Assembly (NCBI GenBank): GCA_964016885.1
Contig: OZ024741.1
Coordinates: 367,474,001 to 367,538,000 of the forward strand
Origin: Eledone cirrhosa
Lineage: Eukaryota
Direction of reading: 5' to 3'
Length of the DNA stretch: 64,000 nt
Shown here: one piece after another, positions 1-12,200 of the stretch
How positions within the stretch are numbered: position 1 is the stretch's first letter
How the letters are laid out: every line of letters begins with the position of its first letter
Notes under the pieces: generated by a model
What the model was told of the DNA's origin: nothing
What the model saw: only the letters and a program-made list of their open reading frames with translations
The model's database searches: none
Position numbers and translations under genes: made by a program

Positions 1-192
1 TTCAAGAAGTCTTTGGACAAATTCCTTCAAGAAATCCTGGATAACCCTCCTACATCCGGTTATGCCTCCGTAAACAATAACTCTCCGCTCGAGTGGGTCA
101 TGATGCCCAAACCCTGATTTGTAAGACTTTGTCAGGTGGTGGTATTAAGTTAGACATGGCCTGGGCCAATACTGGCCGAAACCTATCAAAGT
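1..192 (+). mobile_element. 3' end of a CR1/L2-like LINE (ORF2 C-terminus and 3' UTR)
   Basis: Frame 1 reads FKKSLDKFLQEILDNPPTSGYASVNNNSPLEW, matching the FKxxLDxFL..PD.P..GY..NS tail typical of CR1-group ORF2. A short UTR follows, then (TA)n. Confidence 0.6.
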
Positions 193-196
193 TATG

Positions 197-240
<44 letters not shown>

Positions 241-243
241 AAA

Positions 244-564
244 TATACAATATATTAACAAATAGAAACTATATTTATAAAACCATATTTATTTCATTAT
301 ACATATTTCAAGGGCCACCAAAGCAAACTATGGTGCGCTTTCATCAGATAAAATATAATATAGGTTAGTTTTATAAATATTGACTATCCAGGAGATTCCA
401 ACCAGAATGGTTGCATTTTTTAAGGGTATGTCAATATTTATAAAACTAACCTATATTATATTTTATGTGATGAAAGCGCACCATAGTTTGCTTTGGTGGC
501 CCTTGAAATAAGTATAATGAAATAAATATGGTTTTATAAAAGTACAGTTTCCATTTGTTAATAT

Positions 565-571
<7 letters not shown>
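244..571. repeat. Inverted repeat (arms ~244-384 and ~430-571), Penelope pLTR-like
   Basis: The arms are reverse complements (agggccaccaaagcaaactatggtgcgctttcatc / gatgaaagcgcaccatagtttgctttggtggccct). Each arm contains a hammerhead motif. Confidence 0.85.
290..355 (-). ncRNA. Type I hammerhead ribozyme motif
   Basis: Minus strand reads tattttat CTGATGA aagcgcacca-loop-tggtggccctt GAAA tatgta TA atgaaata, and stems I, II and III pair. The mirror copy at 459-524 (+) has a mutated core (GTGATGA). Confidence 0.75.
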
Positions 572-662
<91 letters not shown>

Positions 663-1050
663 TACTTTGGGAGGGTCATGTTGCCAATAAGAAACACACG
701 CACCAGTTGCTTTCACTTCAATTTATTATAATAAATTTATAATAAATTTATAAATTTATAAATTTCTGGTTGGTTGGTTCCACAACCAGATAGTTGTTTA
801 TATATTGTCATAGTTCTTTCGTCACACATTCTGTGACCTCTTCAGTGACTGGGGATTCCTTTCTTTGTTTCTGTGCCTCTCCTTTGTTCTGTCCTACGCG
901 ATTTTGTTTCTGTGTGTGTGTTGTGTGCTCAGTCTGCGCATGCGCCACATCCGGGTGTCTGTGTGTGTTTATGTTCATTTATTTATTTGTTTATTTACAT
1001 GTTACTGGTTGGTTGTTTGTTCTATGTGTGTGTGTGTTTTCATTTTGTCC

Positions 1051-1175
1051 TTAATTGTAAGTTGTGATGTTGCTGTTCCACTCATATTTTCTATTTAATT
1101 TTGGTTGTAATTCTTTTATGTTTATTGCCTCTGTAATTTGTCTAAACATTGTGTCTTTTCTGTGTGTAGATTCTA
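1051..1175 (-). mobile_element. Penelope-like element, GIY-YIG endonuclease C-terminal fragment
   Basis: Translation STHRKDTMFRQITEAINIKELQPKLNRKYEW fits the R.I.EA..I....P.LNR ending of Penelope ORFs. Confidence 0.65.
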
Positions 1176-1470
1176 TGTCTATGTATGAGTATGTATGTGT
1201 GTGTATGTATGTGTGTGTGTGTGTGTGTATGTATGTATATCTGTATGTATATGTGTGTATATATATGTATGTATGTGTATGTCTGAATGTATATAAGTAT
1301 GTATGTGTATGTATATGTGCGTGTATGTATATATATGCTTGTGTATATATATGTGTGTGTGTATATATGTGTATATATGTGTGTATATATATATATGTAT
1401 GTGTGTATATATGTGTATATATATATATGTATATGTTTATATATGTGTGTGTGTGTGTGTTGTATGTGTA

Positions 1471-1503
<33 letters not shown>
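1176..1503. repeat. Compound (TG)/(TA) microsatellite, representative of many in the window
   Basis: Seen directly. Similar tracts occur at 2470-2560, 2826-3080, 25417-25520, 45355-45712, 48209-48640 and 62165-62260. Confidence 0.95.
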
Positions 1504-1506
<3 letters not shown>

Positions 1507-2114
1507 CTTGATATATTTCTTTTTTCTTTTTTCTTTTTCTTTTCTTTTCTTTTTATTTCTAAGTTTATAGATACATCTATAAATAAGCAGTCTGCCGAAA
1601 CCGTTGAATACTGACCTCTCCCCCCCTCCCACCTAATTTCTGTATCTTGATCTAAATGTGTGTGGCAGTGTTTATGTGCGTGCATTAATGTCCATGTGCT
1701 TATGATAATACTATATCCACATATATATGTGTGTGGGGGTGTATGTGTGTATGTATGTTCGTAATTATGTGTATGTTTATGCATATACGCGCATGTGTGT
1801 GTGAGTGTACGGATATGTGTGACTATGTGAATATGTGTATACATTTATTTCATATTTATGTGTCTATACGCATTTTATCTGTGGATTATAAACTTACAGA
1901 GACATTAGCCTTGAATTTTTGTATTTGCATACATCTTTTTGGCATGCGTATGCATGTGAGCATATATCTTTGTATAAATATGTGTACGAAGTTAATTACA
2001 TGTATATACACACACCAAACTGCATAAAATTTTTTGTATTTTCATTGGTCAATTTGAACTCCGTTCCCAAACAGACCTGAAATTTTGAATTGTTGTTATT
2101 ATCAATAAATATAT

Positions 2115-2269
2115 TTCATTATTTCTGAAGACGGCATATATGTGTGTTTGGTATGTATATTTAATCTTGATAGTTTGTATAATTTTGTATAATTTTGTAC
2201 ATAGATCTGTTGAATATGCATGCCAATTCTAACACATATATATCCTAGAAACGATCGTTAAATAATGAA
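2115..2269 (+). ncRNA. Type I hammerhead ribozyme motif with very long stem II
   Basis: ttcattattt CTGAAGA [~116-nt hairpin] GAAA cgatcg TT aaataatgaa. Stem I is a perfect 10 bp and stem III is palindromic. Confidence 0.75.
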
Positions 2270-2467
2270 CTTTTTTTGTTTAATATAAGGAACTGTTTCA
2301 TTGTTTTATTCATTATTTTTTTAATATTTTATCTTGACTCTGTATTCCGTTTATCTTTCACCGAAAGTGATTTTTTCATTGCATCTCTTCTTTCCATGAT
2401 ATCCGGAATACATTGAGTTCTTCATACGGATTGGACACTACCGTAAACTCTTGGTAGATTTATCTAC

Positions 2468-2558
<91 letters not shown>

Positions 2559-2561
<3 letters not shown>

Positions 2562-2758
2562 GTAATAAACAACATAAGATAATTATTTCATTTACCAGTG
2601 GTTTCTTGAAAGCAAACAAGATTTGCTTTCAGTTATCAGAATGAAAAAATCCTTGTGTCTACCAGGATTTTTCATTCTGATGACTGAAAGCAAATTTTGT
2701 TTGCTTTCACGAAACCACTGGTAAATGAAATAATTAACTTATGTTGTTTATTTCATAA
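2559..2758. repeat. Inverted repeat (arms ~95 bp, ~10-bp spacer) containing a hammerhead
   Basis: aattatttcatttaccagtggtttc / gaaaccactggtaaatgaaataatt. The downstream 2773-2825 segment recurs inverted at 23705-23757. Confidence 0.85.
2670..2730 (+). ncRNA. Type I hammerhead ribozyme motif
   Basis: tttcatt CTGATGA c tgaaagcaaa ttttg tttgctttca c GAAA ccactgg TA aatgaaa. There is a C-C mismatch at the base of stem II. Confidence 0.75.
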
Positions 2759-2821
2759 CTATTAAGCTCTGTAACCTACATAGAGCACTCTTTTATCCTG
2801 GACCTTTCCGACGGAATTCTT

Positions 2822-2888
<67 letters not shown>

Positions 2889-2980
2889 CTATATATATAT
2901 ATATATAATATGTATTATATATATGTATATATATATTGAAAGAGTGAAGAATAACATGGTCAATAGTACAAAAAGTGTTT

Positions 2981-3081
<101 letters not shown>

Positions 3082-3219
3082 CAAGCATTTGTTTGAGCTA
3101 GTGATGTAATAATCTATCAAGAATCCTTTGTGGGTGGACTTATCCGCCTATAAAGGGTTAAGTTTACCATTTAAGAACGTAACTATGCATCTGCTGGCTG
3201 TCACACAGTTTCTTAGTTT

Positions 3220-6200
3220 TATCTATCACTCCATTCACACAAACTTTCATTCAACCCATCACTCCAATCACACAAACTTTCATTCAACCCATCACTCCAC
3301 TCACACAAACTTTCATTCAACCCATCACTCCACTCACACAAACTTTCACTCAACCTATCACTCCACCCACAAACTTTCTCTCCACCTATCACTCCATATA
3401 TAAACTGACACTGTTCATATTACTACACACACAAACTTTCACTCCATCTATCACTCCACTCATACAAACCTTGACTCAAGCTGTCACTCCATTCACCAAC
3501 ATTTTTATTCTACCTATCACTCCCCATACAAACCTTCGCTCTACCGATCACTCCACTCACACAAACCTTCACTCAAGCTATCACTCCACTTGTACTTTCA
3601 CTCAAGCTTCACTCCACTCACACAAACCTTCACACAAGCTATCACTCTACTCACACAGACCTTCACTTCGCATACCACTCCCTACACAAACTTTCATTCC
3701 AGCTATCACTCCCCATACAAACCTTCACTCCAGCTATCACTTCCTACAAAAACCTTCACTCAAGCTATCACTCCACACACAAACCTTCTCTCCAGCTATC
3801 ACTCCCCACACAAACCTTGACTCCAGCTGTCACTCCCCACACAAACCTTCACTCAAGCTATCACTCCCCACACAAACCTTCATACCCCACACAAACTTCC
3901 ACTCCAGCTACCACACCCCACACAAACCTCTACTCCTGCTACCACACTCCACTCCAGATATCACTCCCCACACAAACCTTCTCTCCAGCTATCACTTCAT
4001 ATACAAACCTCCACTCCAGTTATCACTCCACATACAAACCTTCACTCCTCACAGAAACCTTCTCTCCAACTATCACTCCCCACACAAACCTTCTCTCCAG
4101 CTATCACTCCCCACACAAACCTTCTCTCCAGCTATCACTCCCCACACAAACCTTCTCTCCAGCTATCACTCCCCACACAAACCTTCTCTCCAGCTATCAC
4201 TCCCCACACAAACCTTCTCTCCAGCTATCACTCCTCACACAAACCTTCTCTCCAACTATCACTCCTCACACAAACCTTCTCTCCAACTATCACTCCCCAC
4301 ACAAACCTCCCCTCCAGCTATCACTCCTCACACAAACCTTCTCTCCAACTATCACTCCCCGCACAAACATTCTCTCCAGCTATCACTCCTCACACAAACC
4401 TTCTCTCCAACTATCACTCCTCACACAAACCTTCTCTCCAACTTTCACTCCCCACACAAACCTTCACTCCAGCTATCACTCCCCACACAAACCTTCTCAC
4501 CAGCTATCACTCCCCACACAAACCTTCTCTCCAACTATCACTCCCCACACAAACCTTCTCTCCAGCTATCACTCCCCACACAAACCTTCTCTCCAACTAT
4601 CACTCCCCACACAAACCTTCTCTCCAGCTATCACTCCCCACACAAACCTTCTCTCCAACTATCACTCCCCACACAAACCTTCTCACCAGCTATCACTCCC
4701 CACACAAACCTTCTCTCCAACTATCACTCCCCACACAAACCTTCTCTCCAGCTATCACTCCCCACACAAACCTCTCCAACTAGCACTCCCCACACAAACC
4801 TTCTCTCAAGCTATCACTCCCCACACAAACCTTCACTCCAGCTATCACTCCCCACACAAACCTTCTCACCAGCTATCACTCCCCACACAAACCTTCTCTC
4901 CAACTATCACTCCCCACACAAACCTTCTCTCCAGCTATCACTCCCCACACAAACCTTCTCTCAAGCTATCACTCCCCACACAAACCTTCACTCCAGCTAT
5001 CACTCCCCACACAAATCTTCTCTCCAACTATCACTCCCCACACAAACCTTCTCTCCAGCTATCACTCCCCACACAAACCTTCTCTCCAGCTATCACTCCC
5101 CACACAAACCTTCTCTCCAACTATCACTCCCCACACAAACCTTCTCTCCAGCTATCACTCCCCACACAAACCTTCTCTCCAGCTATCACTCCCCACACAA
5201 ACCTTCTCTCTAGCTATCACTCCCCACACAAACCTTCTCTCCAGCTATCACTCCCCACACAAACCTTCTCTCTAGCTATCACTCCCCACACAAACCTTCT
5301 CTCAAGCAATCACTCCCCACACAAACCTTCACTCCAGCTATCACTCCCCACACAAACCTTCACTCCAGCTATCACTCCCCACACAAACCTTCACTCCAGC
5401 TATCACTCCCCACACAAACCTTCACTCCAGCTATCACTCCCCACACAAACCTTCTCTCCAGCTATCACTCCCCACACAAACCTTATCTCCAGCTATCACT
5501 CCCCACACAAACCTTCTCTCCAACTATCACTCCCTACACAAACCTTCACTCCAGCTATCACTCCCCACACAAACCTTCACTCCAGCTATCACTCCCCACA
5601 CACACCTTCACTCCAGCTATCACTCCCCACACAAACCTTCACTCCAGCTATCACTCCCCACACAAACCTTCTCTCCAGCTATCACTCCCCACACAAACCT
5701 TATCTCCAGTTATCACTCCCCACACAAACCTTCTCTCCAACTATCACTCCCTACACAAACCTTCACTCCAGCTATCACTCCCCACACAAACCTTCTCTCC
5801 AGCTATCACTCCCCACACAAACCTTCACTCCAGCTATCACTCCCCACACAAACCTTCTCTCCAACTATCACTCCCTACACAAACCTTCACTCCAGCTATC
5901 ACTCCCCACACAAACCTTCTCTCCAGCTATCACTCCCCACACAAACCTTCTCTCCAACTATCACTCCTCACACAAACCTTCTCTCCAACTATCACTCCAC
6001 ACACAAACCTTCTCTCCAGCTATCACTCCCCACACAAACCTTCTCTCCAGCTATCACTCCTCACACAAACCTTCACTCCAGCTATCACTCCCCACACAAA
6101 CCTTCTCTCCATCTATCACTCCCCACACAAACCTTCTCTCCAGCTATCACTCCCCACACAAACCTTCACTCCAGCTATCACTCCCCACACAAACCTTCTC

Positions 6201-9200
6201 TCCAACTATCACTCCCCACACAAACCTTCTCTCCAACTATCACTCCCCACAGAAACCTTCACTCCAGCTATCACTCCCCACACAAACCTTCTCTCCAACT
6301 ATCACTCCCCACAGAAACCTTCATTCCAGCTATCACTCCCCACACAAACCTTCTCTCCATCTATCACTCCCCACACAAACCTTCTCTCCAGCTATCACTC
6401 CCCACACAAACCTTCTCTCCAACTATCACTCCCCACAGAAACCTTCACTCCAGCTATCACTCCCCACACAAACCTTCTCTCCAACTATCACTCCCCACAG
6501 AAACCTTCACTCCAGCTATCACTCCCCACACAAACCTTCTCTCCATCTATCACTCCCCACACAAACCTTCTCTCCATCTATCACTCCCCACACAAACCTT
6601 CTCTCCAACTATCACTCCCCACAGAAACCTTCTCTCAAGCAATCACTCCCCACACAATCCTTCACTCCAGCTATCACTCCCCACACAAACCTTCACTCCA
6701 GCTATCACTCCCAACACAAACCTTCACTCCAGCTATCACTCCCCACACAAACCTTCTCTCCATCTATCACTCCCCACACAAACCTTCTCTCCATCTATCA
6801 CTCCCCACACAAACCTTCTCTCCAACTATCACTCCCCACAGAAACCTTCTCTCAAGCAATCACTCCCCACACAAACCTTCACTCCAGCTATCACTCCCCA
6901 CACAAACCTTCACTCCAGCTATCACTCCCAACACAAACCTTCACTCCAGCTATCACTCCCCACACAAACCTTCTCTCCAGCTATCACTCCCCACACAAAC
7001 CTTATCTCCAGCTATCACTCCCCACACAAACCTTCTCTCCAACTATCACTCCCTACACAAACCTTCACTCCAGCTATCACTCCCCACACAAACCTTCACT
7101 CCAGCTATCACTCCCCACACACACCTTCACTCCAGCTATCACTCCCCACACAAACCTTCACTGCAGCTATCACTCCCCACACAAACCTTCTCTCCAGCTA
7201 TCACTCCCCACACAAACCTTATCTCCAGCTATCACTCCCCACACAAACCTTCTCTCCAACTATCACTCCCTACACAAACCTTCACTCCAGCTATCACTCC
7301 CCACACAAACCTTCTCTCCAGCTATCACTCCCCACACAAACCTTCACTCCAGCTATCACTCCCCACACAAACCTTCTCTCCAGCTATCACTCCCCACACA
7401 AACCTTCTCTCCAGCTACCACTCCTCACACAAACCTTCTCTCCAGCTATCACTCCCCACACAAACCTTCTCTCCAGCTATCACTCCCCACACAAACCTTC
7501 TCTCCAACTATCACTCCCCACACAAATCTTCTCTCCAGCTATCACTCCCCACACAAACCTTCTCTCCAGCTACCACTCCTCACACAACCTTCTCTCCAGC
7601 TATCACTCCCCACATAAACCTTCTCTCCAGCTGTCACTCCCCACACAAACCTTCTCTCCAACTATCACTCCCTACACAAACCTTCACTCCAGCTATCACT
7701 CCCCACACAAACCTTCTCTCCAGCTATCACTCCCCACACAAACCTTCACTCCAGCTATCACTCCCCACACAAACCTTCTCTCCAGCTATCACTCCCCACA
7801 CAAACCTTCTCTCCAGCTACCACTCCTCACACAAACCTTCTCTCCAGCTATCACTCCCCACACAAACCTTCTCTCCAGCTATCACTCCCCACACAAACCT
7901 CTCTCCAACTATCACTCCCCACACAAATCTTCTCTCCAGCTATCACTCCCCACACAAACCTTCACTCCAGCTATCACTCCCCACACAAACCTTCTCTCCA
8001 GCTATCACTCCCCACACAAACCTTCTCTCCAGCTACCACTCCTCACACAAACCTTCTCTCCAGCTATCACTCCCCACACAAACCTTCTCTCCAGCTATCA
8101 CTCCCCACACAAACCTTCTCTCCAGCTATCACTCCCCACACAAACCTTCTCTCCAACTATCACTCCCCACACAAACCTTCTCTCCAGCTATCACTCCCCA
8201 CACAAACCTTCTCTCCAGCTACCACTCCTCACACAAACCTTCTCTCCAGCTATCACTCCCCACACAAACCTTCTCTCCAGCTGTCACTCCCCACACAAAC
8301 CTTCTCTCCAGCTATCACTCCACTTGTACTTTCACTCAAGCTTCACTCCACTCACACAAACCTTCACTCAAGCTATCACTCTACTCACACAGACCTTCAC
8401 TTCGCATACCACTCCCTACACAAACTTTCATTCCAGCTATCACTCCCCATACAAACCTTCACTCCAGCTATCACTTCCTACAAAAACCTTCACTCAAGCT
8501 ATCACTCCACACACAAACCTTCTCTCCAGCTATCACTCCCCACACAAACCTTCACTCCAGCTGTCACTCCCCACACAAACCTTCACTCAAGCTATCACTC
8601 CCCACACAAACCTTCATACCCCACACAAACTTCCACTCCAGCTACCACACCCCACACAAACCTCTACTCCTGCTACCACACTCCACTCCAGATATCACTC
8701 CCCACACAAACCTTCTCTCCAGCTATCACTTCATATACAAACCTCCACTCCAGTTATCACTCCACATACAAACCTTCACTCCTCACAGAAACCTTCTCTC
8801 CAACTATCACTCCCCACACAAACCTTCTCTCCAGCTATCACTCCCCACACAAACCTTCTCTCCAGCTATCACTCCCCACACAAACCTTCTCTCCAGCTAT
8901 CACTCCCCACACAAACCTTCTCTCCAGCTATCACTCCCCACACAAACCTTCTCTCCAGCTATCACTCCTCACACAAACCTTCTCTCCAACTATCACTCCC
9001 CACACAAACCTTCTCTCCAGCTATCACTCCTCACACAAACCTTCTCTCCAACTATCACTCCTCACACAAACCTTCTCTCCAACTATCACTCCCCACACAA
9101 ACCTCCCCTCCAGCTATCACTCCTCACACAAACCTTCTCTCCAACTATCACTCCCCGCACAAACCTTCTCTCCAGCTATCACTCCTCACACAAACCTTCT

Positions 9201-12200
9201 CTCCAACTATCACTCCTCACACAAACCTTCTCTCCAACTTTCACTCCCCACACAAACCTTCACTCCAGCTATCACTCCCCACACAAACCTTCTCACCAGC
9301 TATCACTCCCCACACAAACCTTCTCTCCAACTATCACTCCCCACACAAACCTTCTCTCCAGCTATCACTCCCCACACAAACCTTCTCTCCAACTATCACT
9401 TCCCACACAAACCTTCTCTCCAGCTATCACTCCCCACACAAACCTTCTCTCCAACTATCACTCCCCACACAAACCTTCTCACCAGCTATCACTCCCCACA
9501 CAAACCTTCTCTCCAACTATCACTCCCCACACAAACCTTCTCTCCAGCTATCACTCCCCACACAAACCTCTCCAACTAGCACTCCCCACACAAACCTTCT
9601 CTCAAGCTATCACTCCCCACACAAACCTTCACTCCAGCTATCACTCCCCACACAAACCTTCTCACCAGCTATCACTCCCCACACAAACCTTCTCTCCAAC
9701 TATCACTCCCCACACAAACCTTCTCTCCAGCTATCACTCCCCACACAAACCTTCTCTCAAGCTATCACTCCCCACACAAACCTTCACTCCAGCTATCACT
9801 CCCCACACAAATCTTCTCTCCAACTATCACTCCCCACACAAACCTTCTCTCCAGCTATCACTCCCCACACAAACCTTCTCTCCAGCTATCACTCCCCACA
9901 CAAACCTTCTCTCCAGCTATCACTCCCCACACAAACCTTCTCTCCAGCTATCACTCCCCACACAAACCTTCTCTCCAGCTATCACTCCCCACACAAACCT
10001 TCTCTCTAGCTATCACTCCCCACACAAACCTTCTCTCCAGCTATCACTCCCCACACAAACCTTCTCTCTAGCTATCACTCCCCACACAAACCTTCTCTCA
10101 AGCAATCACTCCCCACACAAACCTTCACTCCAGCTATCACTCCCCACACAAACCTTCACTCCAGCTATCACTCCCCACACAAACCTTCACTCCAGCTATC
10201 ACTCCCCACACAAACCTTCACTCCAGCTATCACTCCCCACACAAACCTTCTCTCCAGCTATCACTCCCCACACAAACCTTATCTCCAGCTATCACTCCCC
10301 ACACAAACCTTCTCTCCAACTATCACTCCCTACACAAACCTTCACTCCAGCTATCACTCCCCACACAAACCTTCACTCCAGCTATCACTCCCCACACACA
10401 CCTTCACTCCAGCTATCACTCCCCACACAAACCTTCACTCCAGCTATCACTCCCCACACAAACCTTCTCTCCAGCTATCACTCCCCACACAAACCTTATC
10501 TCCAGTTATCACTCCCCACACAAACCTTCTCTCCAACTATCACTCCCTACACAAACCTTCACTCCAGCTATCACTCCCCACACAAACCTTCTCTCCAGCT
10601 ATCACTCCCCACACAAACCTTCACTCCAGCTATCACTCCCCACACAAACCTTCTCTCCAACTATCACTCCCTACACAAACCTTCACTCCAGCTATCACTC
10701 CCCACACAAACCTTCTCTCCAGCTATCACTCCCCACACAAACCTTCTCTCCAACTATCACTCCTCACACAAACCTTCTCTCCAACTATCACTCCACACAC
10801 AAACCTTCTCTCCAGCTATCACTCCCCACACAAACCTTCTCTCCAGCTATCACTCCTCACACAAACCTTCACTCCAGCTATCACTCCCCACACAAACCTT
10901 CTCTCCATCTATCACTCCCCACACAAACCTTCTCTCCAGCTATCACTCCCCACACAAACCTTCACTCCAGCTATCACTCCCCACACAAACCTTCTCTCCA
11001 ACTATCACTCCCCACACAAACCTTCTCTCCAACTATCACTCCCCACAGAAACCTTCACTCCAGCTATCACTCCCCACACAAACCTTCTCTCCAACTATCA
11101 CTCCCCACAGAAACCTTCATTCCAGCTATCACTCCCCACACAAACCTTCTCTCCATCTATCACTCCCCACACAAACCTTCTCTCCAGCTATCACTCCCCA
11201 CACAAACCTTCTCTCCAACTATCACTCCCCACAGAAACCTTCACTCCAGCTATCACTCCCCACACAAACCTTCTCTCCAACTATCACTCCCCATAGAAAC
11301 CTTCACTCCAGCTATCACTCCCCACACAAACCTTCTCTCCATCTATCACTCCCCACACAAACCTTCTCTCCATCTATCACTCCCCACACAAACCTTCTCT
11401 CCAACTATCACTCCCCACAGAAACCTTCTCTCAAGCAATCACTCCCCACACAAACCTTCACTCCAGCTATCACTCCTCACACAAACCTTCACTCCAGCTA
11501 TCACTCCCCACACAAACCTTCACTCCAGCTATCACTCCCCACACAAACCTTCTCTCCAGCTATCACTCCCCACACAAACCTTATCTCCAGCTATCACTCC
11601 CCACACAAACCTTCTCTCCAACTATCACTCCCTACACAAACCTTCACTCCAGCTATCACTCCCCACACAAACCTTCACTCCAGCTATCACTCCCCACACA
11701 CACCTTCACTCCAGCTATCACTCCCCACACAAACCTTCACTGCAGCTATCACTCCCCACACAAACCTTCTCTCCAGCTATCACTCCCCACACAAACCTTA
11801 TCTCCAGCTATCACTCCCCACACAAACCTTCTCTCCAACTATCACTCCCTACACAAACCTTCACTCCAGCTATCACTCCCCACACAAACCTTCTCTCCAG
11901 CTATCACTCCCCACACAAACCTTCACTCCAGCTATCACTCCCCACACAAACCTTCTCTCCAGCTATCACTCCCCACACAAACCTTCTCTCCAGCTACCAC
12001 TCCTCACACAAACCTTCTCTCCAGCTATCACTCCCCACACAAACCTTCTCTCCAGCTATCACTCCCCACACAAACCTTCTCTCCAACTATCACTCCCCAC
12101 ACAAATCTTCTCTCCAGCTATCACTCCCCACACAAACCTTCTCTCCAGCTACCACTCCTCACACAACCTTCTCTCCAGCTATCACTCCCCACACAAACCT

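Noticed and set aside
446-2027. [12 protein letters not shown]-rich ORFs here and throughout the window
   Set aside because: They are translations of dinucleotide microsatellites.
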